In this document: piece after piece, positions 26,038 through 37,773 of the stretch
Position numbering within the stretch: the first letter of the stretch is position 1
Layout of the letters: each line of letters starts with the position of its first letter
Assembly (NCBI GenBank): GCA_964199315.1
Contig: OZ116698.1
Location: 15,686,001-15,750,000 of the forward strand
Source: Orbicella franksi
Lineage: Eukaryota
Direction of reading: 5' to 3'
Length of the DNA: 64,000 nt
The notes under the pieces: generated by a model
The model's input: the letters and a program-made list of their open reading frames with translations, nothing else
What the model was told of the DNA's origin: nothing
Database searches by the model: none
Translations under genes and position numbers: made by a program

Positions 26038-29000
26038 ATGGTAAGTCTTGAAATTCAGAAGTAATGCAAGCTTTGCTATATCTCTGCCATCTTATGTTTC
26101 TTTTCTTCTCGCGTAGTAATAAACTAACTTCCAGTATGTGTTATACATTAGTGCAAAGTTATTTTTGTTTTCTCCGGATTAATAGGGCTTGATTTTTGGT
26201 ATTGCTGCCGAGATTTATGTCTCGCGAATCATGTCCCCTCTCTTTGATCTACATTAGATCATTTGTAGGGAAAAATATTTTTTGATGTATGGCTAATAAC
26301 GAAACATATTTCGTCTACCACCTCAAACTTGAACCATCTTTAATTCGGTGCATTTTGCTGCCCTCTTTTTACGTGAATTTTTCGTCCATATATCAGTTTA
26401 AAGCTTCCCAGGTATTAAAATATTGAAGAAAATATTTAGCACGTGAGTCTTTGTATCTGCGATAATATTAAGTGTCAATTCATCAGTTCCGACGCTGTTT
26501 GCTACGTAAGATGGAAGGTTGTGATCCCAATCCCTATTGTTTGGAGATGGAAAAATTATATTATGAATTTGTCTGATTCCGTATATATTTGTATTTGTAA
26601 AACTATTTCTTGAAATTGTTTACAAGTATACCATCTGTGTTATATACATCATTCCTTGTTATTTTTAATTTTATTTAATATATTTCTTAATTTCACTGTT
26701 ATTATTAGTTGCTCAAAAGAGCATGTTCTATTAAATTTGAATGAAGAAGGGTCAGGGAGGAAAATATTTAAAGTATAAACTACACAATCCAGTGTTTTTC
26801 TGGGGAATGTATAAGTTGTGTGCTTATTTTGCAATCTGAAAAACAATGTACATGGACTAAATTGATTAAAGAGCCTGGTGCTGAGCTGTGATCATTAAAA
26901 TGTTTCCTCAAGTTGGAATAGCCTACCTTACATTGTGTTCAGACTTCATCAAATACAGCTTTCAAAGGGCAGGTTATTCTACAGTGTCCGTTTATGCAAG
27001 GGATTGATAATGCTATCTGTTGGACAAATCTCAATCCAGTGGACAGCATAGTTTGTCTTGTCAGCAGCCATTCCTTGGAAATGCATAGTACAATCCACAT
27101 GTCAGTGTTGTTTATCTTAGTTAAAGGAAAGTCTTTATCTATAGAGGTCTTCTTTCAGGGATACAATCTCATAAAGACCTGGTTCTCACTGTTCAAAGAT
27201 TGGATCTCAACACAGTGTTAACTATAAACTGGTTAAGTGTTGACAAAGCAAGGCATACTTATCCACCAGCTAATGATTTATCTTATGGACAGAGTTTCCT
27301 ATCGTTTGAACAGTGAGGCCTCTCTTTAGTTTTATTAGGGTTGCCACAGGTCAGGAAATGGTGAGGTATTTTTTGGTCTGGGAAATTTTATTTGTATGAG
27401 GGAAAAGTCAGTGAATTTTGAAAACTGATGTCTGTGGCAACAATGTTAGTTGTTGAACCTTTACAATGTACCTGTACTGTACTTGTACTTTTATGGCCTG
27501 TTAGAACTGTAAACAAGCAAACACTAATATTGTCTTTGATCTGCAGCCTAAAGTTAAGAAGGTTAAGAAGGTGGCACCTGCCCCATACACTACCTCCAAA
27601 CCAGTACCAAAGAAGGTCGTCAACCCTCTCATTGAGAAAAGACCAAGGAATTTTGGCATTGGTAAGAACAAGAGCTATATTATTGATTTGTTATTCTGGC
27701 TAAGGTCACAAAACTGAAAGTAGCTATTGTCAATTTAAATAGAACTACTTCGATGAATCGCACCTTTTTTTTCCATTAAAAAAAAAAAATGATCATGAGG
27801 AAATACAGAAATTATCAATATGTATTGATGGGAGTGTTGACTTTGATATAGCAAAATGTTTTCTTGCAGTTGTGATAGTTATAGAATGTGACGTTAGGAA
27901 TTGCTTTCATTTGCGTTATTTTGTGTGGTGTACAGTGGATTCCCTCTTACTCATTTTTACAGAGTAAAATTATTATTTTCTTTGGACATTAAGGTGGGGA
28001 TATTCAGCCAAAACGTGACTTGAGCAGATTTGTCAGATGGCCAAAGTACATCAGACTGCAAAGGCAAAGGAGCGTTCTTTACCAGCGATTAAAGGTTCCT
28101 CCTTCCATTAATCAGTTCACACAGACATTGGACAAGCAAACTGGTATGTTGTAAATTTATTTCCCACTATAACCATACTTAAGATTATCCTATCTGTTTA
28201 CACAGTAAGGCATAATATGCTTCAGTGCAGATCAGTCTAGATCATTTCCTAGGCAAGAACAAAAAGGTTTCTTGGAAAGGACATGTTGTGCACATGAAAA
28301 TGTGGGCTGCAAGCAAGATTGGTCACTTGTAGCTCCCAGAAAAACCTTTAATACACAGCAAAGATATAATATCATCGAAAGAAAAGATAACAACGTGCTA
28401 ACAATGATGTTTCCATCTGATTTGTGACAACATGGCCTTTGCCAGGCAGAATGTTGCTATTCCCATTAAGACATCTTTATTGATTATCATATGGCAAAAG
28501 GAGCAAAACAATAAGGGTAATGTGGTTCTGTACTCAGTTGTACTTGGTCCATTTTTAAAAGAAGGTTAATTCAATTTTTTGCCTGTTAAAGCTACCCAGC
28601 TTTTCAAGCTGATGCACAAATACCGTCCTGAAACTAAAGCAGAGAAAAAAGCTCGCCTCACAGCCAAGGCTGAAAAGAAAGCGGAGGGCAAGGAGGAACC
28701 AGCAGGAAAGAAGCCAGTTATTATCAAATATGGCCTTAACCATGTGACTAGTCTTGTGGAGAACAAGAAGGCACAGCTTGTGGTCATTGCTCATGACGTT
28801 GACCCCATTGAGGTAAGGCATAGTTAACAGGTATAGACTAGTAATCTAACTTATTCTAACTTATTCTAACTAGGTTACCACACTAGTGTGACCACAAATT
28901 CAGTTTTCAAAGTGGGGCTAAGATGTACCACTGTAGGCCATTCTGCTTGAGAGTAAAGGATTTACAGACTGCTATACAGGAAGGTACATCAGTTACATAA

Positions 29001-30538
29001 TTAACTGTTATCAATGTGAGGTTCTTTTGTTAAAAAAAAGTACATGAGGTGCAAGGTAGCATTAAAAACTCACAGATAGTGAAAATTGAACAAGAATGTA
29101 ATTGGTGGCTTTTCACAAATTCAATTAAGTACAAACACTCTATGCTGTGATTTAGCCAAGTTTCACTTCATTTGTACTTTGCCCTTCATTCTCTGTGATT
29201 AATTCCTGAATTGTGGTACCTTTTATTGACAAATTCATGGTCATTTCAGCTTGACTAAAAGCCTGACGATCTAATATTTTCTTCAAACCTGTTGCACGGA
29301 AATATTGCATTTCTGTGTGATTAACAGTGATGATTCGAATGTTACCACTTGTGTCGTAAATTGCAGTAACATGCTGCAAATAGAAGGCACAATTTCAACT
29401 TTGTGAAATATGTTCCTGTAACTTGTAACACAAAAAGAAATACAGGCAGCCATACTTTTTAAACACAGGATTGTTTTGTGACAAGTTGATACTAAGGAAA
29501 TGTTGCTTGTATGTCTTGACCTTAAAAGCCAAATCTGTGAGCATGAAGTTAGATGGAGAGATAAAAGATCTTCTTTGAGCAAACCGTTTAACTCAGAGAG
29601 CATATAACCAATTATTTTTGCAGCTTGTTGTGTGGCTGCCAGCTCTGTGCAGGAAAATGGGTGTTCCGTACTGTATTGTGAAGGGAAAAGCCAGGTTAGT
29701 GTGTCTTCATATTATCAATCACTCTTAAATCTTACTCAGGTTTACAGTATCCTCCTTTGCAGTACACGTCTTTACACTAGCTGTATAACCTGCAAGCAAA
29801 GTTATATAAAACCATTAATTTGATGGCGACCCTGTATACTACGTAGTGGAGAAATTGTTTGGGTGGAATCAGAAAAAGGGTGAGGGCTTGAGGGTTTTTT
29901 CTTGTTATACTTATTTTTTCTGGAGGAAACTTGTGGCATAAGAGATCTGGTCTAAAATCAGAGGCAGTAAGTTTGTGTTAAATGTTTCAACTCCGATATG
30001 ACTTTTACAGTAATGTTTAGTTGTGCAACTCTGGAAAATTTCCATACCCACCAGGGGTGAGTTGCTTTCAAAAGCTGAAATTTGAAAAGGAAGATAGTAA
30101 GCTAAACTGGAATTTCAGGAGGGATGGGGGTTAAATGAAAAAAAAAAAAAAAAAAACCCTGAAAAATATTTTCTGCAACTACACATTGGACCTGATTTTT
30201 GTGACAGTCTAGTATAGAACCAGACACAGATTGTCCAGCTTAGTTAGAAGAGTTGTTTTAGTTTCACTACTGATTAGATTGTAAGGAGCTTATTTTATCT
30301 TGGTGCCTTTAGGTTGGGTAAGGTAGTACACAAGAAGACAGCCACAGTACTGTGCTTCACTGCTGTTCGACCAGAAGACAAGAACAACTTTACTAACCTT
30401 TGCGAGGCTGTTAAGACCAACTTCAATGAGAGGTTCGATGAGATCAGAAAGCACTGGGGTGGTGGTGTGATGGGAAACAAGTCCCAGGCGGCTGCACACA
30501 AGCTTGAAAAGGCCAAGATTAAGGAGATGAAAGTCTGA
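26038..30538 (+). CDS. RPL7A: 60S ribosomal protein L7a/eL8 (Surfeit locus protein 3), 261 aa, 6 exons
   Basis: Exons 26038-26040 (ATG only, then gtaag), 27547-27661, 27994-28143, 28592-28812, 29624-29694, 30313-30538 total 786 nt. Motifs [90 protein letters not shown] at 30563-30568. Confidence 0.96.
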
Positions 30539-30816
30539 TGTGTACAAACTCTCTCGGAATGTAATAAAAAATTATTACCATCGAATTTTCCATGTTTCAA
30601 TTTTTGATATTGTATATCATTAAAGCTGAAGTATTCCCATCATTTTTGTTTGGGTCTCTGCACATGCATGTTCATTGTGATCCACACATTTTCATCCTAA
30701 TGCAGGAAGTGTCTAGGCGGGACTAGACTTGAGGGAATTTCTATGATCAAATTTCTATCCCTCGTAATTGTAAGGCTAATGAAAGGGGTATCAGAGAGAA
30801 TTCCTCAACTCATTTA

Positions 30817-31380
30817 TCCATTGACACCCAGAGATATTTGGAAAAAAACGCTTGACCATTTTGGACATTTTTAGCCTGGATATGAGCTATATTAGCTCTA
30901 ACCTACTCAAAAAGGCATTTGCAATAACAGCAAAGAGACGCCATGCCTTTCTTTCCGCAAACATCGCGTTTTATGACACTTGCTCGGGCATGCGCAGAAA
31001 ATAATCAAAATTTCGAGATGACCTACATCTTTAGGCCTTTCGGTTTTCTTGATTTTTTTGTTTGTTTGCTACAGTTGTTGACCCACTATTGGGCTTGCTT
31101 CCAGTACAAGAATTCCCACGAAAACACCATCGAGGCTGCAAATTCTTACAACGGAGTAGCCAAGTGTAGTAGAGGGAAATATTTTGCTCCGAGTTTTGCA
31201 CTCAAATTTCTGAGCACTTTTGTGCATGTTTCCTCAATTGATCCAATCAGTCCGATCTGGGTATCATTGGAAATAACTTTTCCTCTTGGAGAACTTGAGT
31301 ATAAGTGATGACAATTTTAGTCGAAGGTGATGACGTCAGAAGTGGAGCAAAGGCCAACGCCCATCACAGGCGTCAATGGG
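30817..31380. mobile_element. piggyBac-like non-autonomous element
   Basis: Ends CCATTGACACC ... GGCGTCAATGGG followed by TTAA. The left target site is degenerate. Confidence 0.6.
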
Positions 31381-31820
31381 TTAAATATTGCGTCTTCTGT
31401 TTTTAGTCCAGGAGAAGATATCTGGTCTTATCTCTGTCACGCCTGAGATAAAACATTACGAAGTACAATGCATTTATTTTCTCATTAATACAGCATTGTT
31501 ACAGTTTATCAGCTGAATGTCCATACTCCCTCTCTGGCGCTCAGTATAGGACTGTAAACTGAGGAGATGGTTGTAGTCCATTCCGGTGTCATTCCAGAAA
31601 ATTGCAGTACCATTCTGGCTTGCTCCGGTATATTCCGAGTCATTCCAGTAAAATATACGGAGATTTATGGAATATCATAATGAGTCACATAACAATACTC
31701 TTACAAAGGGATGAGTAAAACTGAAACGAAGAAAGTTCGGTTATTTACATAGAACCAAATACCATGAGTCATTTCCTTTAGATAGAGAACGAAAATCTAG
31801 CAGGGATACCGGTACCTCAA

Positions 31821-32587
31821 GGTGGCCGAACACAGTTTTCGCGCGCGCTTTTGCTGATGCAATTGAGCGCGCGCACAAGGATTGCAAAGAGCGATTATTT
31901 CATTTATTCAACATCCGCACTATCTGTGCTATTTTTTCTCTATTATTGAACGCAGTGTATTGATGACTTTAGTCTATTATCACAAAGATATGTTAGAAAA
32001 GGTAACGACGCAAAGAAACCAGCAATTCTCAGCTTTCTCTTTGTTACCGAAAGAACCCAGTTAAATGCAGCGCATGCGCAGTTGCTCAAAAAATTGAGAC
32101 CGATTGCTTTTGCAGAAACTTGCGGATTTCTGACGATCCAGTCGTTAGAATTTCAAGAAATTTGGCAAAAAAATAGTTCAGAAACCACGTTAATGATCTA
32201 TCGCAAAAAATCTGAATTTTGACATAGGGAATTTTTAATAATACAGAACATGCGGTGAAAACGATTTACGGCGAATTACGAAAATCGCCTATGTCAAAAT
32301 TTTATTAGAGCAGTGTAGACAGAAGGGATTTAATGTCAATTCGTAGTGGGCAAAAGATGAAAAAAATCTAACGACTGGATTTTTTTTAAATAAACAAAAA
32401 CCATTTTTTAAGCCTTGTTTCTAACCAGCCCCGTTGCCGTGGCAACAGCACACACCTTAGCCAAAATGCGAGAATAAACTTTTCTGTGGTTAACCTTGAC
32501 TCTTGCAAAAAACGAGCGCCAAAGCATAAATAGCTTATAAGTAATGGTGAATTAAGCATAGGCTCTTGAAAACTGTGTTCGGCCACC
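31821..32587. mobile_element. Kolobok-like non-autonomous DNA transposon
   Basis: Perfect 20 bp TIR GGTGGCCGAACACAGTTTTC / GAAAACTGTGTTCGGCCACC. Flanks TCAA and TTAA fit a TTAA target duplication with RR...YY termini. Confidence 0.7.
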
Positions 32588-33155
32588 TTAAATTTAATTA
32601 ATTAGAAAGGTTTTCAACTGAGTGTCAAAAGTAATCAGACAATTACTTTGGTTTTGGTTTTAGTTTTACTACGGTTTAAGATTGGCTGGGTAGTCTAATT
32701 AGTAAGTAATTGGTTTGGTTTTGGTTTTACGACACTGAGTTAAAAACTGCTCTAATTAATCAATTAATTAATTAATTGATTTAATTAATCACCCTGGCCC
32801 AAATAAACAACAATAACAAGAATCCGTTAGAAAAATGCCGCTGTCGCACAGTCGCAGTGACGTATCTCCGAGTATTGGGTACCCCTGGGTATCGCTAGCC
32901 TGTTCGCTGACCCGCCCGCCCGCTTTTTCGATCGTCACTACAGACCGAGAGCCTGGAACAGGCTAGGGACCCAAAACTCGAGGATACCCAAATCACTGGT
33001 GTGACACTGTAGGACCCTGTAGCCTGCATAGCAGGCGCCGCGTAGAGCGGGGATAGAAGGAGGGGCGCAAGCTACGCTTTTCGTCGAAGCGAAGACCCTG
33101 GGGACGAGAGCCGAGTGGCCAAGCCCCCTCTATAAAAGTTTGTGGGAAATTCAAA

Positions 33156-36100
33156 ATGGCGGCGCGGTAGAAGACCTCGTGTGGCGAACCGTGTGACGCT
33201 GTATATCATGTATTGAGTGATGAAGCCATGTTCTGCAGTAACTGCATAAAGTATGTTGTACTTTTAAACAGTATATACGATTAGAGATTTTTATCCTGGC
33301 TCATAGCACGGTCTTTGAATGTCGTTTACGTCGTTTTTGTTGCAAACTCGACTTACGGACGGTGCCTACTAAGCTTAAATACGAACGTTTTTGCACCAGG
33401 TTAGGACCACGCGGAAAAAGTAGATCTTTGCAAGGGCTATTGGAATCCACAAAGAAAATTTGGGGTAGCCAAGCATTTTTTCGAGATTGTCAGCCTTCAA
33501 TCTCAGCAAAAATGCTGACATCAGCATTTTTTTAAAGAAGGAAAGGATATTTCTTCGTTGCAACAGCGCTTTTGGCGTCTCTGACAGCCTTCCTCTGGTT
33601 CAGCTTAAATACAGTTTAGATACCTTTTGCTCACAACCAGAAACTAATTATGTCTTGAATAGGCTTGCCACTTCCATTTCATAACATAAATTATTATATG
33701 GCTAGCTCCGTGAGCGGGCAAGATGAATCAAATTCTGTGCTGTGATTGGCTACCTGAGCGGGCAAAGTGGGACTAACTGCCATGTCCCGCAAGAAAAATT
33801 TCTCCAAAAGCCATATAATAAATCCTTTATTGACCAAGCTTGTTCGGTCAAGATGGCTGGATATTGGCCTCATTCTTTTTTTGCAGGTTTATGGACCTCG
33901 ACTCCGTCTCAGTTCATAAACACGCAAAAAAAGAACTTAGCCAATATCCAGCCATCTTGACCTCACACTTGGTCAATAACCCATACATGTAGGGGTAACC
34001 AGAGGTCTTTTAAAGTTATTGATCTTTTTTGAAAAGTTTTACGGTGTCTGTTACATTTTTTCCTGTCGCCTCCCCAGTAAGTAAAACATTTGGGTATTGC
34101 GCTTGTTTTGCACGCATACTACACCATCTACAGGTACATGTTTACATTTGGATTTCAGTATAATTTTTGACAGATAACAGCTAGTTTTTCAGCTGGAAGA
34201 TGTTAACAGTTAGTAGTTAGCGATATGCTGCTATTCTGGTGTTCCTGTTTTAAGTACAGGTTAATTAAACTTGATTTGGTCACAGTAGGAAAATTTTGCT
34301 TTCATTTTAGTTGTGTACCTGGTAGCATAGTTGATTGCGTCAATGTCAGCCCAGCGCATGTGTGGCGCTTAAACCATGCCTTGCGTGATGCGCAGAACGT
34401 GTGTGCACCAAAAAAAAAGTAGGCACAGTCCTTAAAAGCTCGTTCATAAGATGACGGTTGATTTGAAGCATTTGGCCTTTCGGCGTTATCACTTAACTGC
34501 AAAAAGACATCAAGTACAATTTAGTGTTGCAGTGATCACAATGGCGAGTGCTCTTTATGCATCCAATAAGATTGAAGAAGGTGGTTTCCTTGCATGGTAC
34601 AGCACCTGTAGGAGAGCTATAATAGAAGCCCATATAAACAACTCCTTTTAGAGGACCAACTTTTCAAAACTTCTAGCATTGGAGCTAACTACTCAAAACA
34701 GAATACCTACCAGAGTCCTGTTATAAGCAAACTCATGAATTTTCCAGTGAATTATGATTAACATGAGCTTACCTTTGCATAATATATATGGAATTACTCT
34801 TTTCATAAAAAAAAAACACACACACACACAAAGGTTTTAAAGAGAAAATTTTCAATAACCAATAACCAGAGCTTCTTTAACTGAAAATAATGATTCTGAC
34901 AAAGTAATATTTTGTTAGGGGCTGTATTGATCTATTATGATGAGGTTGTATATTGATAAAATAAATTAATAGAACTTTTAGTTTACACCTACCATTCTTT
35001 CCACAGATAAATCAAAGAAAATTTTTATGAGGGTCAGCACAACAGACTAACAGATCTCATCTTGGGAAAAGAACCCTTTCAAGTAACATGCTGAACTTTA
35101 CTTCAAGGCATTCTGATTCCCTGAATCAAAGTGATGACTGTAGAACTTGTCACTTGCACATCTAAGCACAGGTACTGTGTGAGTACTTTAAAACTGTATG
35201 GGTAAATAGTAAGGGAAATGAAAATTAATATCACAGAAAAGGTTGTGTTTTTTGTTGATCCACATTATTCATGTGGCTAAATATCATTTAGGCAAGGTTA
35301 AACTCGAGCTAATGCAGCCAGCTAGTGTGCCCATCCAGCTAATATCATTTAGGCAAGTTAAATATGAGCTTATGCAGCCAGCGGTTTCTGCGTTTGGGAG
35401 TACGTGACCTGTGGGGCGGCCTTCAGGGGTTTTGCAGGGGTTTATGGTTCATTGCATAATATTGTTGTAGTGTATTCTGCTGATTGTTGCGGATCAGTTG
35501 CACTGCTTTGCTCGTGAATCATTGCGGATTCTTGCATTAGTCAGTAGCCTGTTTATTTATTAATTACTCTAGTAGGGGTGCACCATGTGTAAGGTAGTAA
35601 TGTGTTGTCCCATTATCTTACCTCACAGTAATAATGGCCATCTACAAGAACAGTTGAGAAACGAAAGGTAGACATGTCTTCTCCAGAAGGAGGGCATAGG
35701 TGCTTATTAGAAACCAGAAAACCACGCAAAAAATCGCCCAAAACCACAATGAATTTCATCCAAAACCGAAAACTGAAATAAAAGCCCTTACTGATAAAGC
35801 TTTGGTAGGCTTCAGAATCTTTCTTTCTGTTATTTAATGTTTATATGTTGTCTGAACTTGTTTTACTTTCAGAAGTTTTTCTGTATACTCCCTCCTTAGT
35901 GCAGAACTCATCGTAGTCCAGAAATTTGCTTATCTTTTTGTAAATCGGCTCCGCAGACCTACAGCAATGCAAAACTAGAAAAAATTGCATGATGAAATGA
36001 TTTTAAGTAATTTTTGTTTAAAAATTTGACCTTTAAATGTTGTGTTGCTTTGTTCAGGCATATTATAAAAACCTGCTCCTGGGTTGCCTCCCTTGCGAGT

Positions 36101-36526
36101 GGTACAAATTAGTAATTGCAGGAGGTTTCACCCCATAGACTTACTGATTATGGAAAATAGTAAAAAAACAAGAGGTAGGATGATCAAATGTAATTGTGGC
36201 CTTGGAAGTAGAGCTGGTGTTACCTGATTGCTTATGGTGGCCTTCCATAGTCTCTTTCATAGCCATTTTCTTGGTTGCCAAGCAACGCTTCTCTAAACTA
36301 GTGAGCTGATTTATTAAATTGTTTTTTAAATGGTACTGATTTGTACTGGACAGGTCTAAAAGTAATATGAGCGTTTCTTTTAAATATATTTAACTTGAGA
36401 CTGAAAGAAGTTAATCTTCCTTTTCCAGATCAGATGCCAACTGAGACAAAGTGGACCAAAGCTTCAAGCAGTCATCTTCCGAAGGGCTGTGTGTTTTATT
36501 TTGCATCCATCTATTGGGGGAACCAG
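33156..36526 (+). pseudogene. Putative decayed multi-exon gene with a RING-like Cys pattern, or a lncRNA
   Basis: TATAAAAG at 33131 and AAAATGGCGGCG at the start. Candidate exons 33156-33250, 34533-34580, 35007-35171, 36429-36526. The join reads MAAR*KTSCGEPCDAVYHVLSDEAMFCSNCI|NDHNGECSLC-frameshift-PIRLKK, with several stops. Confidence 0.3.
33357..34431. mobile_element. Kolobok-like non-autonomous element carrying a nested repeat; inverted partial copy at about 53050-53751
   Basis: TIR GGACGGTGCCTAC / GTAGGCACAGTCC with TTAC/TTAA flanks. The internal sequence is reverse-complement homologous to 53050-53751, which ends GTAGGTATCATCT|TTAA. Confidence 0.65.
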
Positions 36527-36676
36527 GTAAACAAAACTCTTGAATAAGCCAAGTTCTGCCCTGCTTAACTGAATTCAGTTTTTCAATGTACACTGTATTC
36601 TTCTGTGGTTGATTTGCACAATGAATAGAAAAACTCTCATGACACACTTTTTGGCGGTAAAGTTTTAAACCCATCA

Positions 36677-37390
36677 TGACTTACTGACTGACTGACTGAC
36701 TGATGCATGGAATGATTGACTGACTGATTGATGGTCTGATTGACTGACTGACCATCTGACTGACACAGTGAAAGACTGACACTCACTGTCTACTGACTGG
36801 TTGACAGAATGGGAGCTGACTGATTGATTGTCTGACTGACTGACTATTTGACAAACTCACTAACTGACACACCGAAAAACTGATGCGAGGAATGACAGGC
36901 ACACTGACTGACTGAAAGACTGATACATGGAATGATAGACTGATTGATTGTCTCATTGACTGACTGGCAGACAGAATGATGGACTGACTGATTGATTGTC
37001 TCATTGACTTATTGACTGCTGACTGACTGTCTGTCTGTCTGTCTGACAGACTGAAAGACTGAAGCATGGAATGACAGATTGATTGTCTGATTGACTAATT
37101 GACTGATGAACTGACTGACTGACTGACTAAATGACTGAGGGATGGAATGACGAACTGACAGACTGATTGTCTCATTGACTGATTGACTGACTGACTGACA
37201 GACTGACAGACTGTCTGGTTGTCTGACTGAATTACTCACTGAAAGACTGATGCAAGAATGACAGACTGACTAACAGACTGGTTGTCTGGCATAATGCCTG
37301 ACTGACTGATTGAAAGACTGACACGTGGAATGATGCACTTAATCATTGATTGTCTGATTGATGTAATGACTGCCTGATTGACTGATTGAT
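36677..37390. repeat. Degenerate (TGAC/TGAT)n satellite with higher-order units
   Basis: Continuous CTGA/TTGA tetramers interrupted by a recurring GAAAGACTGA...GGAATGA...GATTGTCT block. Confidence 0.9.
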
Positions 37391-37773
37391 TAAAACTAAG
37401 CGGTATGATGGCAAACTGGTTTTAGTAAACGGTTTGTTTCTGTCACAATGTACGCCACAGGTACGTTCAAAATTTAATATGGAAAACAACCAAGCACCAG
37501 GGATTGTCACGCAACTGGACTCGACATCTTGACACCATCGTTCCTTTGCGTGACGACTCTCAGGTTGGGGTTTGCATACTTTGTAATAAAATATATTTCG
37601 TGCGTTTTGAAATGATGTAAAGACATATCTGTGGCCTTCATTGAAACGAGAAACGAACTGTTTATCAAAACTGAGTGTTGATCATATTGCTCTTGAGACT
37701 TCTCCAGAACTTGGCTTAGTTTAGAGAGTTTATCTGGTTCACTCGAATGGTCATAAGCAAAAGTTTGTCAAGC

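Noticed and set aside
26041-30312. U24/U36 C/D snoRNAs expected in RPL7A introns, including a C-box GTGATGA near 29327
   Set aside because: I found no properly spaced CTGA D-box with terminal stem, and no U36-type GAGCTTTTTAAC guide.
36783-37239. Ser/Gln/Val-rich ORFs
   Set aside because: These are translations of the TGAC satellite. The ORFs at 61766-62143 are likewise repeat plus Ns.
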